A stretch of 64,000 nt of DNA, taken from NCBI GenBank assembly GCA_002189035.1, contig NEEC01000015.1:1364001-1428000 (forward strand). Reading direction: 5' to 3'. Made by a program: the position numbers and the translations under genes. The notes under the pieces are model-generated. The model saw nothing but the letters and a program-made list of their open reading frames with translations, ran no database searches and was not told where the DNA came from. This document shows, piece by piece, positions 39,143 to 53,337 of the stretch. Origin of the DNA: Utricularia gibba. Lineage: Eukaryota > Plantae > Magnoliophyta. The stretch's first letter is position 1. Every line of letters begins with the position of its first letter.

Positions 39143-40502
39143 ATGGAAGATAGTGTGCGATATCCATCTGTACTTCAGAAGATACATGGGCGGTCTCATC
39201 TTTTAACACGCGCTGCTCCTCGCGTGCAGCCTGGGAATGCGAGTTTGAACTATCTGAATGGTGGATTCACCAATAGTGGGCTGCGTAGTATATGCTGCCC
39301 ATCAATTTATGGGTATGGAAATGAAGTATTTTCATCTGCCTCACCAATCCTTGTTCAGGCTCCAGTGGAAAAAGGAAAAGGCTTCAACAGTTTTATGGTG
39401 GATTTCCTAATGGGGGGAGTTTCTGCGGCGGTTTCCAAGACTGCTGCTGCCCCTATTGAGAGAGTTAAACTCTTGATTCAGAATCAGGATGAGATGATCA
39501 GGGCTGGTCGCCTATCGGAACCTTATAAGGGTATCTCAGACTGCTTTGGAAGAACTATTAAGGATGAAGGAGCGCTTGCTCTATGGAGAGGCAATACGGC
39601 CAATGTTATTAGATATTTTCCTACTCAGGTCTACTAGCTATTTACTGATTTTTCTTCTTAAATAATCCTTTGTTCACCGTTTATGCTACTATAGAATTCT
39701 TTTAATTACTGATATTGGCCCATTAGAGCTTTTAATAATGCCTCTGCTGTGATCATCTTTAGGCCCTCAACTTTGCTTTTAAAGATTACTTCAAGAGAAT
39801 GTTCAATTTCAAGAAAGATAAAGATGGATACTGGAAGTGGTTTGCTGGAAACTTGGCATCTGGTGGCCTTGCTGGTGCATCCTCTCTGCTGTTTGTGTAC
39901 TCCCTCGATTATGCCCGAACAAGGTTGGCAAATGATGCCAAGTCTGCCAAAAAGGGTGGTGAAAGGCAGTTTAATGGCCTGGTCGACGTCTACAGAAAAA
40001 CAGTTGCGTCTGATGGCATTGCTGGACTTTACCGGGGTTTTAGTATTTCTTGTGTTGGGATCATTGTCTACCGTGGTCTCTATTTTGGGATGTACGATTC
40101 TCTCAAGCCGGTTGTCCTAGTTGGTGGGCTGCAGGTGCGTTTTATTACAATAAGCTTGAAAATAGAATGGCAGCTTAATGTTGACACGACTTTATGTCAC
40201 AGGACAACTTCTTAGCTAGTTTCTTGCTGGGATGGGGTATCACCATCGGTGCTGGCTTGGCTTCCTACCCAATCGACACTGTCCGTAGAAGAATGATGAT
40301 GACCTCGGGGGAGGCCGTCAAGTACAAGAGCTCCTTGGATGCGTTTAACCAGATTGTCAAGAAAGAGGGCACCAAATCACTTTTCAAGGGTGCTGGAGCC
40401 AACATCCTGAGAGCGGTTGCTGGTGCTGGTGTGCTTGCTGGTTATGACAAGCTGCAGGTCATAGTATTCGGCAAGAAATACGGATCTGGTGGTGGCGGCT
40501 AA
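39143..40502 (+). CDS. AAC3: Mitochondrial ADP/ATP carrier (AAC3-like), 3 exons
   Basis: [32 protein letters not shown]; [23 protein letters not shown]; RRRMMM signature; ends KKYGSGGGG*. The N-terminal extension resembles AAC3. There is a long 5'UTR intron upstream. Confidence 0.96.
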
Positions 40503-40761
40503 TAACCCGTTTATGGTGATGATGATGATAAATGCGCAGTAGCGGCTTCTGCTTTCGTTGCTGCACGTTGGAATAATATTTTATGGAACAACCTGTTTTT
40601 GTTTGTCGCCCTCTTTTCAAAACCATTCCTGTTGTGGCTTTGGCTTACAGGTGAAAGACAAGACAATTCTAGTCATTGCCTTGGAGAACCCGAGTCAGTC
40701 TCCAGGAGAACCTGGAGAATAAACCCATTAGTCATTCCTGTGATTTTTATTTGGTGGTGTT

Positions 40762-41170
40762 GTTCACCATTTTGGACTGGGGTGCATTCCCATGTTTCAA
40801 CAGGCACAAAAGCAAGTGCCTTTTCTTGCCATGATCCCTTGCAGGTTTGATGCATAGTGAACCACAATCTCATAAGGTTCAATCATCTCTTCAGTTTTTT
40901 TTGTTGAACAACGCATGTTCCAGAGGATCCAGAGCATGCGGGCACCTGTTATGAGTAGTTACACCAGTTCACCATTCTGGACTGGAGTTCATTCCCATAT
41001 TTCAACAGGCACAAAAGCAAGTGCCTTTTCTTGCCGTAATCGCTTGCAGGTTTGATGCAGAGTGAACCAGAATCTCAATAGGTTCAATCATCTCTTTAGT
41101 TTTTTGTGTTTAACAAGCCCCAAGTTGCAGGAGATCGACAAGTAGGAAACCATGCGGGCACGTTTTAAGA
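40762..41170. repeat. Non-coding tandem duplication with a period of about 205 bp, containing conserved hairpin stems
   Basis: caggcacaaaagcaagtgcc at 40801 and 41006; tgaacc...ggttca stems present in both copies. Confidence 0.85.
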
Positions 41171-44100
41171 GCAAGGCTGTTGAATACTTTAGATGATTAT
41201 AACAATATTTTTATTTATAATTGAATACTTGTAGCATGTTTAAGATATAAATAATTATACCCATTTAAAATGAATTAAAGTTAACATGAATGAGGTACTT
41301 TTGAATAAATTATTAAATAATATTAATTAATTATATTTTGCACCCTAGGCTAAGAGTAGTTACATCAGTTCCATTGCAGTCGCCTCCAATGACCATGCCC
41401 ACCTCCACTGAATTTAATGGGGCGCAAGAATGTGATGGATGGTCCATTTTTCGAGTTGTGAGCACCTTATCAGCGTATACTGCACTGCGCCACTAAAGCA
41501 AATCAGCGGGAGCTCTGCCTGAGAGACTTGTGAAGATGGAGATATTATTAGCTAGCAATCCCATTGCACAACAACCCACAAACTCACTCTCAGTAATTGG
41601 TTAAATTATTGAAAAGAAACACACATATGGTTGACGTGGCAAATAGTTGGGGTGTCATTGTAGCCGTAAATGGCTCTGGTTCAGATTTACATTAACCCTT
41701 CTGGTCCACTTTTTCAATGGACCAGGGCCCATTTGATCAGCCATGCCACATTCTACAAATAATAAAAAAAAAAGGGCAGAAGAGCATTGAAAATTCAGCC
41801 GCCAGGAGCTTCCCTCTTTCCGGCGGAGTCGACTGTCACCGCAGCAGGCTGGCCCGGCGCCGCGCCGACTCTTGGACCCGTCGCCCTAAATGAGAATTAA
41901 TGTCCATTTCCATTAATTTATTTGTAATGGTGGAAAACAAACCTTTAGATAATTGAACTTAGGGGTAAAATGTATTTTTATAAACCCAAAATATTAAATT
42001 ATGTTGTTGGCTACACCCATTAATTGAAAAAAAATATAACATATGGAAAACAAACAAACCCGTCAACCCCAACTGGATAACCAATCATACTCGATGACAT
42101 GATTATTTTAAATCTATCAATTAAACTAACTAAAAAAAATAGGCTAGGAAAAAAATGCATTTTTTTTTTTACTTTCTCTAGAACATGTGTCATGTGCCAT
42201 CAACTTAGTAGCATGGGAGGAGTTGGATTTCTCAAAGCCGGGTCCCTCCCCTCCTATAGATGTGGGTTAAATTTCGCCCTCATCCACAGTTAATGCGATT
42301 TTCCGTCCTGGAAAGTGAAAACACCACTCCTGATTTTGGTTTCTCCAGTCTCTACATTTTCTTAGGTACCCATCTCTTGAGTTTGATGTCCTTAGGAAAC
42401 CTCATTCCGATTGTGTGTTTTGGTTCCCAGTTTTTTGAATTTCTATGAACAGACATGTTGTAGATTATGTTAAAATACATAATTACATATCGAAAAATAA
42501 AATTAAAATAATTTAGTATATAAAAAATTACATATTATAATTAATCGATTGAATTTAATTTTTTTATTATAATTTATCTTTATTATATACTTGAACTTTA
42601 TGTATATGTTTATATGATCTTGAATTTCAACAGATTAGAGCTGAGAATTACAACCCAGACAGCGATCACTCAATCCCTGTGGTTCACTAAACATCAAATA
42701 TTAATGATTTAACTCTTTTTTTCTGCGCACACTTGAGGGTTTTCACCAGTTAACAGAGAATTCGTTCAGCCGCCCAGATTTGCAAGGCGCCATGAAAAGT
42801 CCTCCTCCCTTTTTTTTACGGAATGCAAGCTTCGATCTTGGAGATTTTCTGGAGATGAGACAACGAAGAAGAAGCTGTCAAGTTCTGGTGAAAGGGTAAA
42901 ATGTTAAAACCTCCGAACGTTGATGAGGTGAGTTGTATTAATTGAGTCAACATGCATAAAAATTATAGTTCATGAAGTAACGATTCAACAACCGACAAGT
43001 TTTATAAATTGATTTGCACCATAAATTGACTTGACTTGAATTCTTGAAATATAAATATCGTATTTAATCTAAAAAGTGTTGATCATAAATTATGAAAGAA
43101 AACAACATCACAATTTATGTAACACAACATGTGTTCTAACCAGTATTTATTATAATTTTTTTAAAAAAAGCAATAGTCTAATATCACATTTACAGTACCA
43201 TGTTTGTGCATGATTAAAAAATATATAACTCATAAGTCACTATTACTTATTCTGAACGAATCAACTCATAAGTTATTCTTGTCAAATCATATTCATACTC
43301 AAAGCTAGTTTTATCTACAATATGCATGGGTTCATTAAATTTATCTAATAATAAATTTATTCATCTTTATTTATTTAAGTTAAATAGAATAAAATTTTTA
43401 CAAATGTTCATTTATTTAATATTTATGAATATTCACAAAATGTATATATTTATTTGTATTAGTAGTATATATTTGAAATTAATTAAAAAATATATATTTT
43501 TTATAATTTAAATTTAAATATAAAATATTATGCCTAATATATTTATAATAAAATATATCAAAATAAAAATAACTTTATATAAATTTTGGAAATGAAATAT
43601 AAGTACCATGCTATTTTTATTCTCATTTATTTCACTTGCTTCAAAATATATGATCACAAGTCTTGTGTTATCGTTAAACTCTAACTTGATTTAACAAAAA
43701 TATAATTATTTTTTAAGTAAATAAATATAAATATAAATATATATATTTTTTGTATTGCAAGGTGGAATTAAAAGAATTAAACATTATTTTCATGTTTATA
43801 TTTTATTATATAAAGTAAGTTCACCCACATGCAGTGCAAAATAACATTTCAAATAATAAAAATGATAAAAAAAATCATTTATAACTCAATTATCAATATT
43901 AAAAGTAATTTGTAAAATCATACATTTCACGGTATTTATCTTAAACCAACTTAAATTATCAAAATTTTATATACTATTAATATTACAATTGAATCAAATT
44001 TGTTTGTTTTTAAATTAATCAAACAATATTTGATTTATATTTTCTTATTTAAATAAAAATAAATAATTTTAATCCAATCCAATACAAGTATTCTAATACA

Positions 44101-44194
44101 AGTTGGTGTTTGGTTATAACACCCCTCATACGAAACCAAGGCGTAGATTACTTGAAAACACGATCGCCAAATTAAAGGAAGTATCAGAAACGCC

Positions 44195-46028
44195 ATGGCT
44201 CAAGAGCAGAAGCAAGATGAAGAAACAATGGCGGCGGCGCCGGAGGAGCCTGTTAGCCCAACCGCCATGTACCTGAAAAGCTCCAAGCTCTCCCTCACTG
44301 TTCTCGCCGTTATGGAAATGGAAACCCCAATTGATGATTCCAGATCCATTGCTCTCCTCGGAGATCTCTTCTTGCCCATCAATCCTCGTTTTTCTTCTAT
44401 AATGGTTCCTTAAATATTCTCTCCTTCTTCATTTTTCAGACATTATGAAATGCAGAATTGTCTACTTTGTTGTCATAATCGAAACTTAGAATCAGGAGCG
44501 CGACTAGATCAGATGGATGGTATAAGCTAAACGTTTGTTGGTTTTTTTTTGTTGCAAATTTGCAGGTGAAAGAGAGTAAGCGAGTGAAGAAGTGGAAGAG
44601 AGTGCCTGTAAACATTCAAGACCATCTAAAAGTTGCCGAGTTTCCGGAGGGCAAGTCGCCGGAGTATTACGGCGAGTGTTTCAAGGAGTATCTTTCGACG
44701 ATCGCAGCGGAGCCTTTCCCGGAGAACCGTCCACTTTGGGAGATGCACGTCGTGAAGTATCCGACAAAAGACGCTGCCGGGTACCTTGTTTTCAAGTTCC
44801 ACCACTCGTTAGGCGACGGATACTCCCTCATGGGTGCACTTTTGTCGTGTTTCAAGAGGTTTGACGATCCCACGCTGCCTCTCACGCTACCCTCGCGGCA
44901 GTCGGCGGCCAAAGGTCACGATGCAGTCGGCTTCCTCCACCGTGCGCGACGCTTTCTTCTGGGTCTAGTATATACTCCATCGGATTTTGTCTTCGGAGTC
45001 ATAAGGAGCACCTTCCTGATCGACGATACATCTCCGATCCGATCCGCGGAAGCCCAAAATAAACCCATCGTTACAACAACCACCACATTCTCCATTGATG
45101 AGTTCAAGAAAATCACTACAAAACTTCAAGCGGTAACATCGTTTTTTTAAATGTCAAATATGTAATAAATGCCCTTTTTTTTCCAGAATCGAAGGTTTTT
45201 TGTTCTTGTGTGATTGGTTGCAGACGATCAATGATGTATTGACGGGAGTAGTCATTCTTGGAACACGTTTGTACATGCAACAAGTTGATCAGGAGTCATT
45301 GAAGTCGACGACAACAGCACTGGTGCTTCTCAACACTCGAGCTCTCCAAGGCTACAAGACGATAGATGAGATGGTCAAACCGGAGTCGAAGACGCCATGG
45401 GGAAACCGCTTCGCTTTTCTTCATGTTCCGATTCCGAAGCTCACCTCCAGTGAGTTGAAAAACCCCTCTGTTTCGTGACCAACGCTCGGAAAATGATAAA
45501 GCGACAGCGGAACTCCGGCGCGGTTCATCTCACCGGCCAACTTCTTGAACTCATCCGAAAACTCAGCGGCCCCGAGGTAACTACCGCTCTCTCTGTCTGA
45601 TGTATGAGATGGCTTCTTTAGAATTTCCACAAGACTTCTGTCTGCTTCACAGGCCACTGCCAAATACATCCATGGGACACTGCAAAACACGAGCATGGCG
45701 ATTTCCAATATCATCGGCCCGGTGGAGAAGATGGTTATCGATGATCATCCCATCAAAGGATTTTACTTCATCGTCAACGGCCCCCCTCAGGTGAGCTTAA
45801 AGCTACAGCCATCCTTCCCACTTCGAACACTCTTTCTGCGCACAGCGTTGGCCAATGGAAAGTGAGATTTTGATGTTGCAGAGCCTATCAGTGACTGTGA
45901 TGAGCTACATGGGAAGTCTGCGCGTGGCCATGACTGTGGAGAAGGGCTTCATCGATCAAGAAAAGTACAAGGCCTGCGTTGAGAGCGCTTTCAAAGCCAT
46001 ATCGAATGCAGCAGCTCTTCAGCTCTAA
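44195..46028 (+). CDS. WSD: Wax ester synthase/diacylglycerol O-acyltransferase (WSD family) with an apparent -1 frameshift
   Basis: RPLWEMHVVKYPT; HHSLGDG catalytic motif; TINDVLTG; PWGNRFAFLHVPIP; VMSYMGSLRV. Exons 44195-44404, 44566-45132, 45224-45576, 45653-45790, 45882-46028. The frame is restored if C4 at 45463-45466 is C5 (NPLCFVTNARK). Confidence 0.92.
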
Positions 46029-46977
46029 GCAATAAGGATCCCAAAACCAGATTTCCAGTTCACATCTGCTTCCGATATTCGTGTGATGTATCAACCAAAA
46101 CTTGAAGTAAAGAGTCCAGTAGCAATGTCATAGATACAGGCCCAGTCCACCAAAAATCACTCTATAATTAATTTTATCAGAATTATATATGTTTAAAATT
46201 ATTTTTATAGAATGATTATTATAAAATAAATTCATGTTTTAAGTATTAAAAATAAAAATTGATTTTAATAATTAAATGATATATTTATTCATATTTATTA
46301 ATAATTATAGTTTATAAATTTATAATTTAAAATTTTTTTCCATATACCATTTATATTATAAAAATATTATAATTTTTAAATTATAATTTAAATATATTTA
46401 TATTAAAATTATAAATTTAAAAATTAAGATAATTAAATGAATTATAATAATATTAATTATACATATTTAAAAAAGGTATAATTATGATTTCGATTTTAGA
46501 ATTATTTTTCGAAAATCAATTCTCATCAAAAACCAATTTTAGATATTACAATATCGTATAAAAAATATGAATTATAATATTTTCAAATTTATTGAATTAT
46601 ATTTGGTGTAAAAAGACATGAATGTGGCGTCATAAAGACACATTTGGAAAATTAAGCACGTTGTTAATTCCCACAACCGAAGATGAGCTTGTCGTCAACA
46701 CCATGAAAAGTAAAAACCATGACTCTTGGATTTCATTGCCTACGGCACGGACACTTGTTCAGGATGAAATACAAAAAAAAATCGCAACTCCACGTTGGGA
46801 CGTGTCTTAAGGGCTAAGTTTCAATCTTGGACACGTTTGTGGCCGTGATTTGGTTTGAAAACAAACACTTTTTCTTGGACACCTTTGCCGTCTTTTGCTT
46901 TGGGCTTTTCTCTCAATATTGTACAAGAAGAGCCTATTGCCATCTGGTTCTTTCTCATTCTCTGTCCCCTGAAGGAA

Positions 46978-47736
46978 ATGGAAGAAGATGATGATGATCT
47001 ACGCCTCTCAGATCCCCCACAAACCAAGACCAGCAAGCGTTCTCCTCTGCCTCAATTTGTGGTACGCAAGTATCTCAAGAATCAGCAGATGGATTCGCGG
47101 TTTGCTTTCAGGGAGCTCGGATCAAGTCATCCGCCAATGCTCAAGCAGCCACACAGTACACAGAGAACAAGTCTGCTAGTCTGGTGTGGTGCAGTGCTTT
47201 GTATGGTCTTTACCTTGTTGCTCATCTTTGTTGCTGTGGCCATTTTGGTTGTGTTTCTTGTCATTCAACCGAAAAGCCCGGTTTTTGATACCCCGGAAGC
47301 CAGCCTCAGTTCCATCCTCTTCTACCCCCCTGAGTTCATGGATGCAGACATAACATTTCTGGCAAATTTTTCCAACCCGAACACGAAGCTTGATGTAAAT
47401 TTTGAGCACCTTGATGTCGAGCTCTTTGTTTCGGGTTCGGATAGTCCGGTTGCATCTCAAGTTCTGGAGCCATTTAGTCAGAGACCCGGAGAGGCGGGGT
47501 TTGTATCCATCCATCTGCAGCCGCGTTCTGCACATCTGCCTTTGGATCTTGCTGTGAGGCTGCAAAACCAAGAGCAAATCAACAGAGTTGTCATTGACAT
47601 ACACTGCAAGTGCAGAGTGAGGTTCAAGCTTGGTGTTCTTCAGTACACACAAAATCTCCATGGAAAATGCAAACTGGAAATGACCAGTCCTCCTAATGGA
47701 ATCCTCATAGAGCGGAGTTGCAAGATCAGCCGATGA
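46978..47736 (+). CDS. LEA_2/NDR1-HIN1-like membrane protein
   Basis: Single TM segment (WCGAVLCMVFTLLLIFVAVAILVVFLVIQPK) followed by a LEA_2 domain (FSNPNTKLDVNFE ... CKLEMTSPPNGILIERSC). Confidence 0.85.
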   Translation: MEEDDDDLRLSDPPQTKTSKRSPLPQFVVRKYLKNQQMDSRFAFRELGSSHPPMLKQPHSTQRTSLLVWCGAVLCMVFTLLLIFVAVAILVVFLVIQPKSPVFDTPEASLSSILFYPPEFMDADITFLANFSNPNTKLDVNFEHLDVELFVSGSDSPVASQVLEPFSQRPGEAGFVSIHLQPRSAHLPLDLAVRLQNQEQINRVVIDIHCKCRVRFKLGVLQYTQNLHGKCKLEMTSPPNGILIERSCKISR

Positions 47737-48535
47737 TCGATTTAGCACCTATACAAGAACACAGAGTGAACAGAGCGAGCACATACCAGGGAAGACCACT
47801 TTTTGGTGCCATGTATCTTAATGGAAACAAACTGTTGTGTAGGAAGACCACTTATTCTTCAGATCAAACCAGACTGCGGTGATTGAGCCATGGAGCTTTT
47901 GTGGAATCCAAGCAAGATAAGATAGTACAGCTGCAAAAAACCGATGCCCTTGCTAGAAAATTTAAAGGCTGGTAAGCAATTCCACTGCACTCAATCCATC
48001 TTCACAAAATTCAATATCCATTCTTTGAACAAGAAACACGAGCCAAATTTGCAGTGCCACCTACATGATAACCACGGTCGTCCTTTCAAACAACGTTTTC
48101 CCTCCCATTCAGCACGCGGTACAGCGTATGAAAGCCTGCGTGCAATCCCACTCCTAAAGTAAACCAATTTAGTGAAGCAAGCACCTTGGACCCTGGGTTT
48201 TGAGTAAAGGGTAGACACACTCCCTCCGTCTTTAGGGATTTGGAAACGTTGAGAAAGCAGAGCGTCGCCGTGAGCGAGGACAGCAGGCGATGGCATCAGA
48301 TCGCCCGCCGCTAATTTTTCACCTAAATTACACAAAAACGCCGCCGTACTCGTGTTGAGAAATTATATGTAATATTATTTTAATCAACATAATATTATAA
48401 AATACGTTAGGGGGTCCCATGGAATGAACTTCTAAATATGGATTATTTTGGGGCATTAAACTTGCAAGATATACCAGCAGAGGACACACCATCTACATCC
48501 TACGGTTTACAGTCCTCTTTCCCGGAGCCCCTCCG

Positions 48536-51500
48536 TCACACAGAATCATCGGAAAACGCAAAGGAAAAGCTAGTGGAGCATTGCGAGGAAGCCTCTTTGT
48601 TGGGAGAAGAAACCAGATTCTTACTGTCTCCGGAGTGGCCCTTCTTCAGCAGATCCGCATCCAATCTGGCCGACTCCACGCACCGAATCTCCTTCAGCAT
48701 CGCAACGACGTCCTTCATCATCGGGCGGTCTTCCACCCGGGTAGCCAGACAAAGGAATGATACAGATAGAGTTTGCAGCATTTCGTGGATCTGTGGGTCG
48801 GCTCTGCCTCTGAGCTTCCGGTCCAGGATGTCGGTCGGGTTGCCCCGGTTCTGCAAATGGTCATGCACCCATTGAACGAGATGGAGCCCCCCTGGTAATG
48901 TTGGATCTAGCGGATGCCTTCCTGTGAGCAACTCCAGCAGCACGACTCCGAAGCTGTAGACGTCGCTCTTCTCCGTTATCCTGGTCAGCGAGGCATGCTC
49001 TGCCACCATAAAAGATATTGAATCAGTGTTCTGAAATCATTCACCAAATCTCGTTTCATGGAATGTAGAATGAGAAGGTCGTTGACAAATGACTTCATTC
49101 TCATTCCATCTTATGATTTGTGAATGACTCCTGTGCAATGACATTCCCATATTCACAATGAGGCAGAACAAAAGATTTCCAAACACAGACTGAGTCTCTG
49201 GTGAGTGAATCTGAATGTGATCTGTAGTAGTAGCAAGTTTATTTTGTTTACCTGGAGCCATGTAGCCATATGATCCTGCTAAAACAGGGCGATTGCTCTG
49301 TTTAAATGTCTCTGTAAGGAGACTATCTCCATCGATCACTAGCCTTGCAAGGCCGAAGTCACCCAAGTACGGGTCCATGTTGGAGCCTAACAGAACATTC
49401 ATGGCTTTGACATCGCCATGCACGATCGGAGGAACGCAGTCGTGATGCAGGTACGCCAGGGCGTGTGCGATTCCGAGGATGATGCTGTATCTCGTCTCCC
49501 AGTCTGCTCCCCCTTTGCCAGTTCCATGAAGCAGAGAGCTTAAGCTTCCATTCGGGAGATAGTCATAGAAGAGGAGTTTAAGGGTGTGGTTTGAAGCCCA
49601 GCCTAGAAGCCTTACAATGTTCTTGTGCCTGATTGAACCCAAAGTTTGTATTTCTGATCCGAATGCAGAGCATTCATCTGAAGACCACATTTTTTTAACT
49701 GCTAAGCCCCTGTCATCCGGAGTGGTAACTTTGTAGACTACGCCGGAGCTTCCGGTGCCGATGACATTGGAGGAGGACAGGTTCTTGACTATTTCATCAA
49801 TGGAGAAATCCAATTTCTGGTACAACTTTATCTCCCAACTATCAGCTTTAGCGGATTCTTCTGCGGACATTCTGGATGTGACTGAAAAGTAGACGCCAAG
49901 AAGAACTAGTATAACACTTATGCACACCAGGGTCGCCATTGCTAACTTCATCTTCGTTTTCGGATTGCTTCGAGCATCGGCCCCAGAAATTCTGTCATGG
50001 CCGAGGATGTACAGGTCTTTGTTGCCAGAAAGATCACTAAGAGGCATCTGGTGGAAGAAGGGGGTGTCAGGCAAGTCACCATAGAATCCATTGAATGATA
50101 TATTGAGAGAAACGAGGTTTTCGAGGCCTTTCAGAATATCGAGTTTGCCTGAAAGGTTGTTCCGTGAAAGATCAAGAATTCCCAACTTATCAAGCCTGGA
50201 AAACTCCGCTGGGATCTCTCCAGAAAACTGATTACAGCTCAGGTTCAGGGAGATGTCCAAGGAAGAAATTAGGCCTAGTTCTTTAGGTATATCCCTGAAA
50301 AACCATTGTTTCCAAGGTCCAACATTTGTAGCCTACTGCACGATCTGATCTCCACCGGAATCTTACCAGAGAGCAGATTGTTTCCAAGATTTATCTTCGT
50401 TATTTCTGTCAATGAGCCGATGCTGGCAGGAAGAGGGCCGTAGAGCCAGTTGTTTGAAATGTCCATGAACTGTAAGCTCTTTGGCAGAGAATCAGGCAAG
50501 GGACCACTGAGTGTATTGGAGTGAAGATCAAGAAACTCAAGGCTTTCGCAGCCAGAGATCGAAGCAGGAATGCTTCCTTCAAAATGATTGTTGCCCATAT
50601 CAAGAAAATTCAAGAACCTCAAGGCTCCTATTTCAGATGGAAGAGTTCCACCGAGGCTGTTATCACTGATCCTGAATCTGTACAAGTTTGTGCAGTTTCC
50701 AATATCAGGCGGTATGTATCCTGTCAAGTTGTTCGAGATCAGCAGCAATTTTGTCAAGTTTTGTAACCCAAAAACCTCTCTGGGAACTGGTCCATAGAGC
50801 CAATTGTAAGAAAGATCCAGAGCTTGGAGATTTTTGCATTGAGACAGTGAATCAGGGATTGTCCCTGTCAGGTTGTTCTTCCAGGCAAAGAAAATAGTCA
50901 TGTTTGATAATTTCCCAATATCCGAAGGTATTTCGCCCCAAAGATTGTTGTTATCCACTTCTAAATGAATCAAAGAAATGCAGTTTGTTATCTCAGGTGG
51001 TATAGGACCTGATAACTGATTCACACTCAGTTGCAGCTCCTCCAGCTTGAGAAGCTCTCCAAAACTTGATGGTATCTTTCCTGTTAATGAGTTCTCGGAC
51101 AAATCAATGATATTAAGCTCTTTGCACCTCCCAAATCCAGCTGGGATTTCACCGGAAATCCTGTTCTGCCACAAAAGTACACTACGAAGCATCCGGAGCT
51201 CCCCAAAGGACGCCGGAATCGAGCCGCTGATGGAATTCTGGTACAAATACAAGTTCTGCAACTCACTGCAGTTGCCAATTTCCTCCGGAATGCTACCAGA
51301 TATCATTGATGTGTATATTGCAAAAGTCTGAAGCTTCTTCAGCATCCCGATTGAAGATGGAAGCTTCCCTGAAATGCTCGTCTCGGCGAGGCCGAAAACA
51401 ACCAAGTTTGTGCAGTTCCCAATCTCCCATGGCAGCTCCCCGTGGAGATTCTGATTCCCACCTGCTCTAAAAGCTTCCAGATTCTTAAGTTTTCCGATAG

Positions 51501-52032
51501 TTTTCGGAATCTCTCCGGTCAGCTTATTGTCGAACAACATGAGATTCTTCAGCCTGGAAAGGTTACCAATTTCTAAAGGAATGTTCCCCTGAAGAAGATT
51601 CGTGCTCAAAGACAAGAACTGCAGCTTACTCAGCTTACATATTTCAACAGGAATCTCGCCGGAAACACTGTTATCACTTATATCAACGGAAACCAACTCT
51701 CCGTAGTCGCCGAACTCCCTTGGAATTCCTCCTGAGAGATTCGCCGACGACAGGATAAGAGTGTTCAAGTATTTCAACGAGTGCAAGTTCTCAGGCAACG
51801 GCCCCTGTAGATCAACTGCTCTTAAACTTATCTTCACAACATCTTCATTACCGTTGCAGTATATCCCAAACCAGTTACAGGGGTTCCGATCTGAAGCATT
51901 CCAAGAACCAAGAACATCCAAGGAAGGATTCAAACGCTTCCTCCACGACAGCAGAGCTAGCCCCTGCTCGTCAATGCACCAGGAAACCGAGAAAAGAAGA
52001 GAAAACGGGAGAAGAAGAAGAAGTGCAGGCAT
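48536..52032 (-). CDS. RGI: LRR-RLK XI, RGF receptor (RGI3/RGI4-like) with an apparent -1 frameshift
   Basis: Signal peptide; LRRs with RAGG (RxGG) and YRFR (RxR) ligand motifs; TM; kinase with HGDVKAMN; single intron 49251-49000. The frame is restored if C3 at 50293-50295 is C4 (FSGDIPKELGLISSL). Confidence 0.93.
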
Positions 52033-53301
52033 TTTTGTTGCCGGAAATATCAGTTTGTTGGTGGGGTTGTTTTGTTTATAGAAGATGATGAGAGTGAAGG
52101 GAGATCTGGATCCAACAGAAGCGACATCGTGGTGTAATTAATGCTCGGATTAAGAACGCAAAACGGTAATCTTGTTGACAGGGGATTTTCTTGGCTTTAT
52201 CTATGGCTTTCAAGTTCTTATGTTTCTGGTTTCAGATTTCACTGTCTCCCCAACTTCCTCCTTCGTACCATTCCTCAGCTTTGTTCACATTTTTAAGGGA
52301 TGGCACTCTGCAAATCACAAAAAGACGATTTCCCAACGAATTTTATTTGAATTTCCGTGTTTGAAAAGGGAAAAAAAACCTGTCTTTTATTTATTTTTTC
52401 GGCATCTGTCTGCTAAGCATTACCTTCATCGAAGTACATCTCTGTGGCTCACAGTAACTTTTTGTAGCTTTAGGGTTTTTGAAGAGGACGACGAGATGAC
52501 GTGGCAGAACGTTTGCAGTTTTAATGACAGTCCTGATTGCCACGATGGTTCCCAACTTTTCTGCCTTCCTGGTGACACGTGGCAAATCCGTATTTACCCA
52601 CCACGATAAAAAAATAATAATATAACTAAAATCCCTTCCAGTAGAATATAAACATGCTTTACAATATGTATTTTATAAATAACACGTGTATTCAAGAATG
52701 CATATTATAGATATATATTATGGTTTTTGTATCCGTATCCGGAATTATCGAATGTCGAATAATTTGAATATAGATTATACGGAATTATTTTTTAAAAATT
52801 GATTTTCAGAAATTATTTTAATATCATACTCATTTTATTTTTTTAAATATTGATTTTGAGTTTGAAATATTATTATTAATAAATATGGATAATATGTTAT
52901 TTAATTATAAAAATAAATTCTTATTTTTTTCCATTTCAAATATCAATCAATTATATAATAATCATTTTAAAAAAAATTCAAACATATATCAATTCTTATT
53001 ATATTAAAAATTTTAATTCTATTGAAATCAATTATATAGAAATTCTTCCAAACGTTACCAAAGTTTTTGGAATAATTCAAGCAACCCTAACTAAATAGAC
53101 ATAATTTTCAATAGCTTTTAACGAATTTACTAAATACAGGAAATGAAGGATTGCAGTAGAGTTTCCAAAGTATATGAATCACTCCCGGAAACACTGCAGG
53201 AAAGTGTTGGCTTTGTTAGGGTAAAACTGAGTAATCATGAAATCAAAGTCGGGAGGTTGCCTAATCATGAAATGGACCACTCCTTAATTGAGATTCCTTG
53301 G

Positions 53302-53337
53302 TTAATTAATTAATTAATTAATTAATTCATGCATGCA
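53302..53337. repeat. (TTAA)n microsatellite abutting an RY motif
   Basis: ttaattaattaattaattaattaatt followed by catgcatgca. Confidence 0.8.

Noticed and set aside
47991-48335. 114-aa minus-strand ORF between LEA_2 and RGI
   Set aside because: No recognisable domain; the putative intron would be only about 31 nt.
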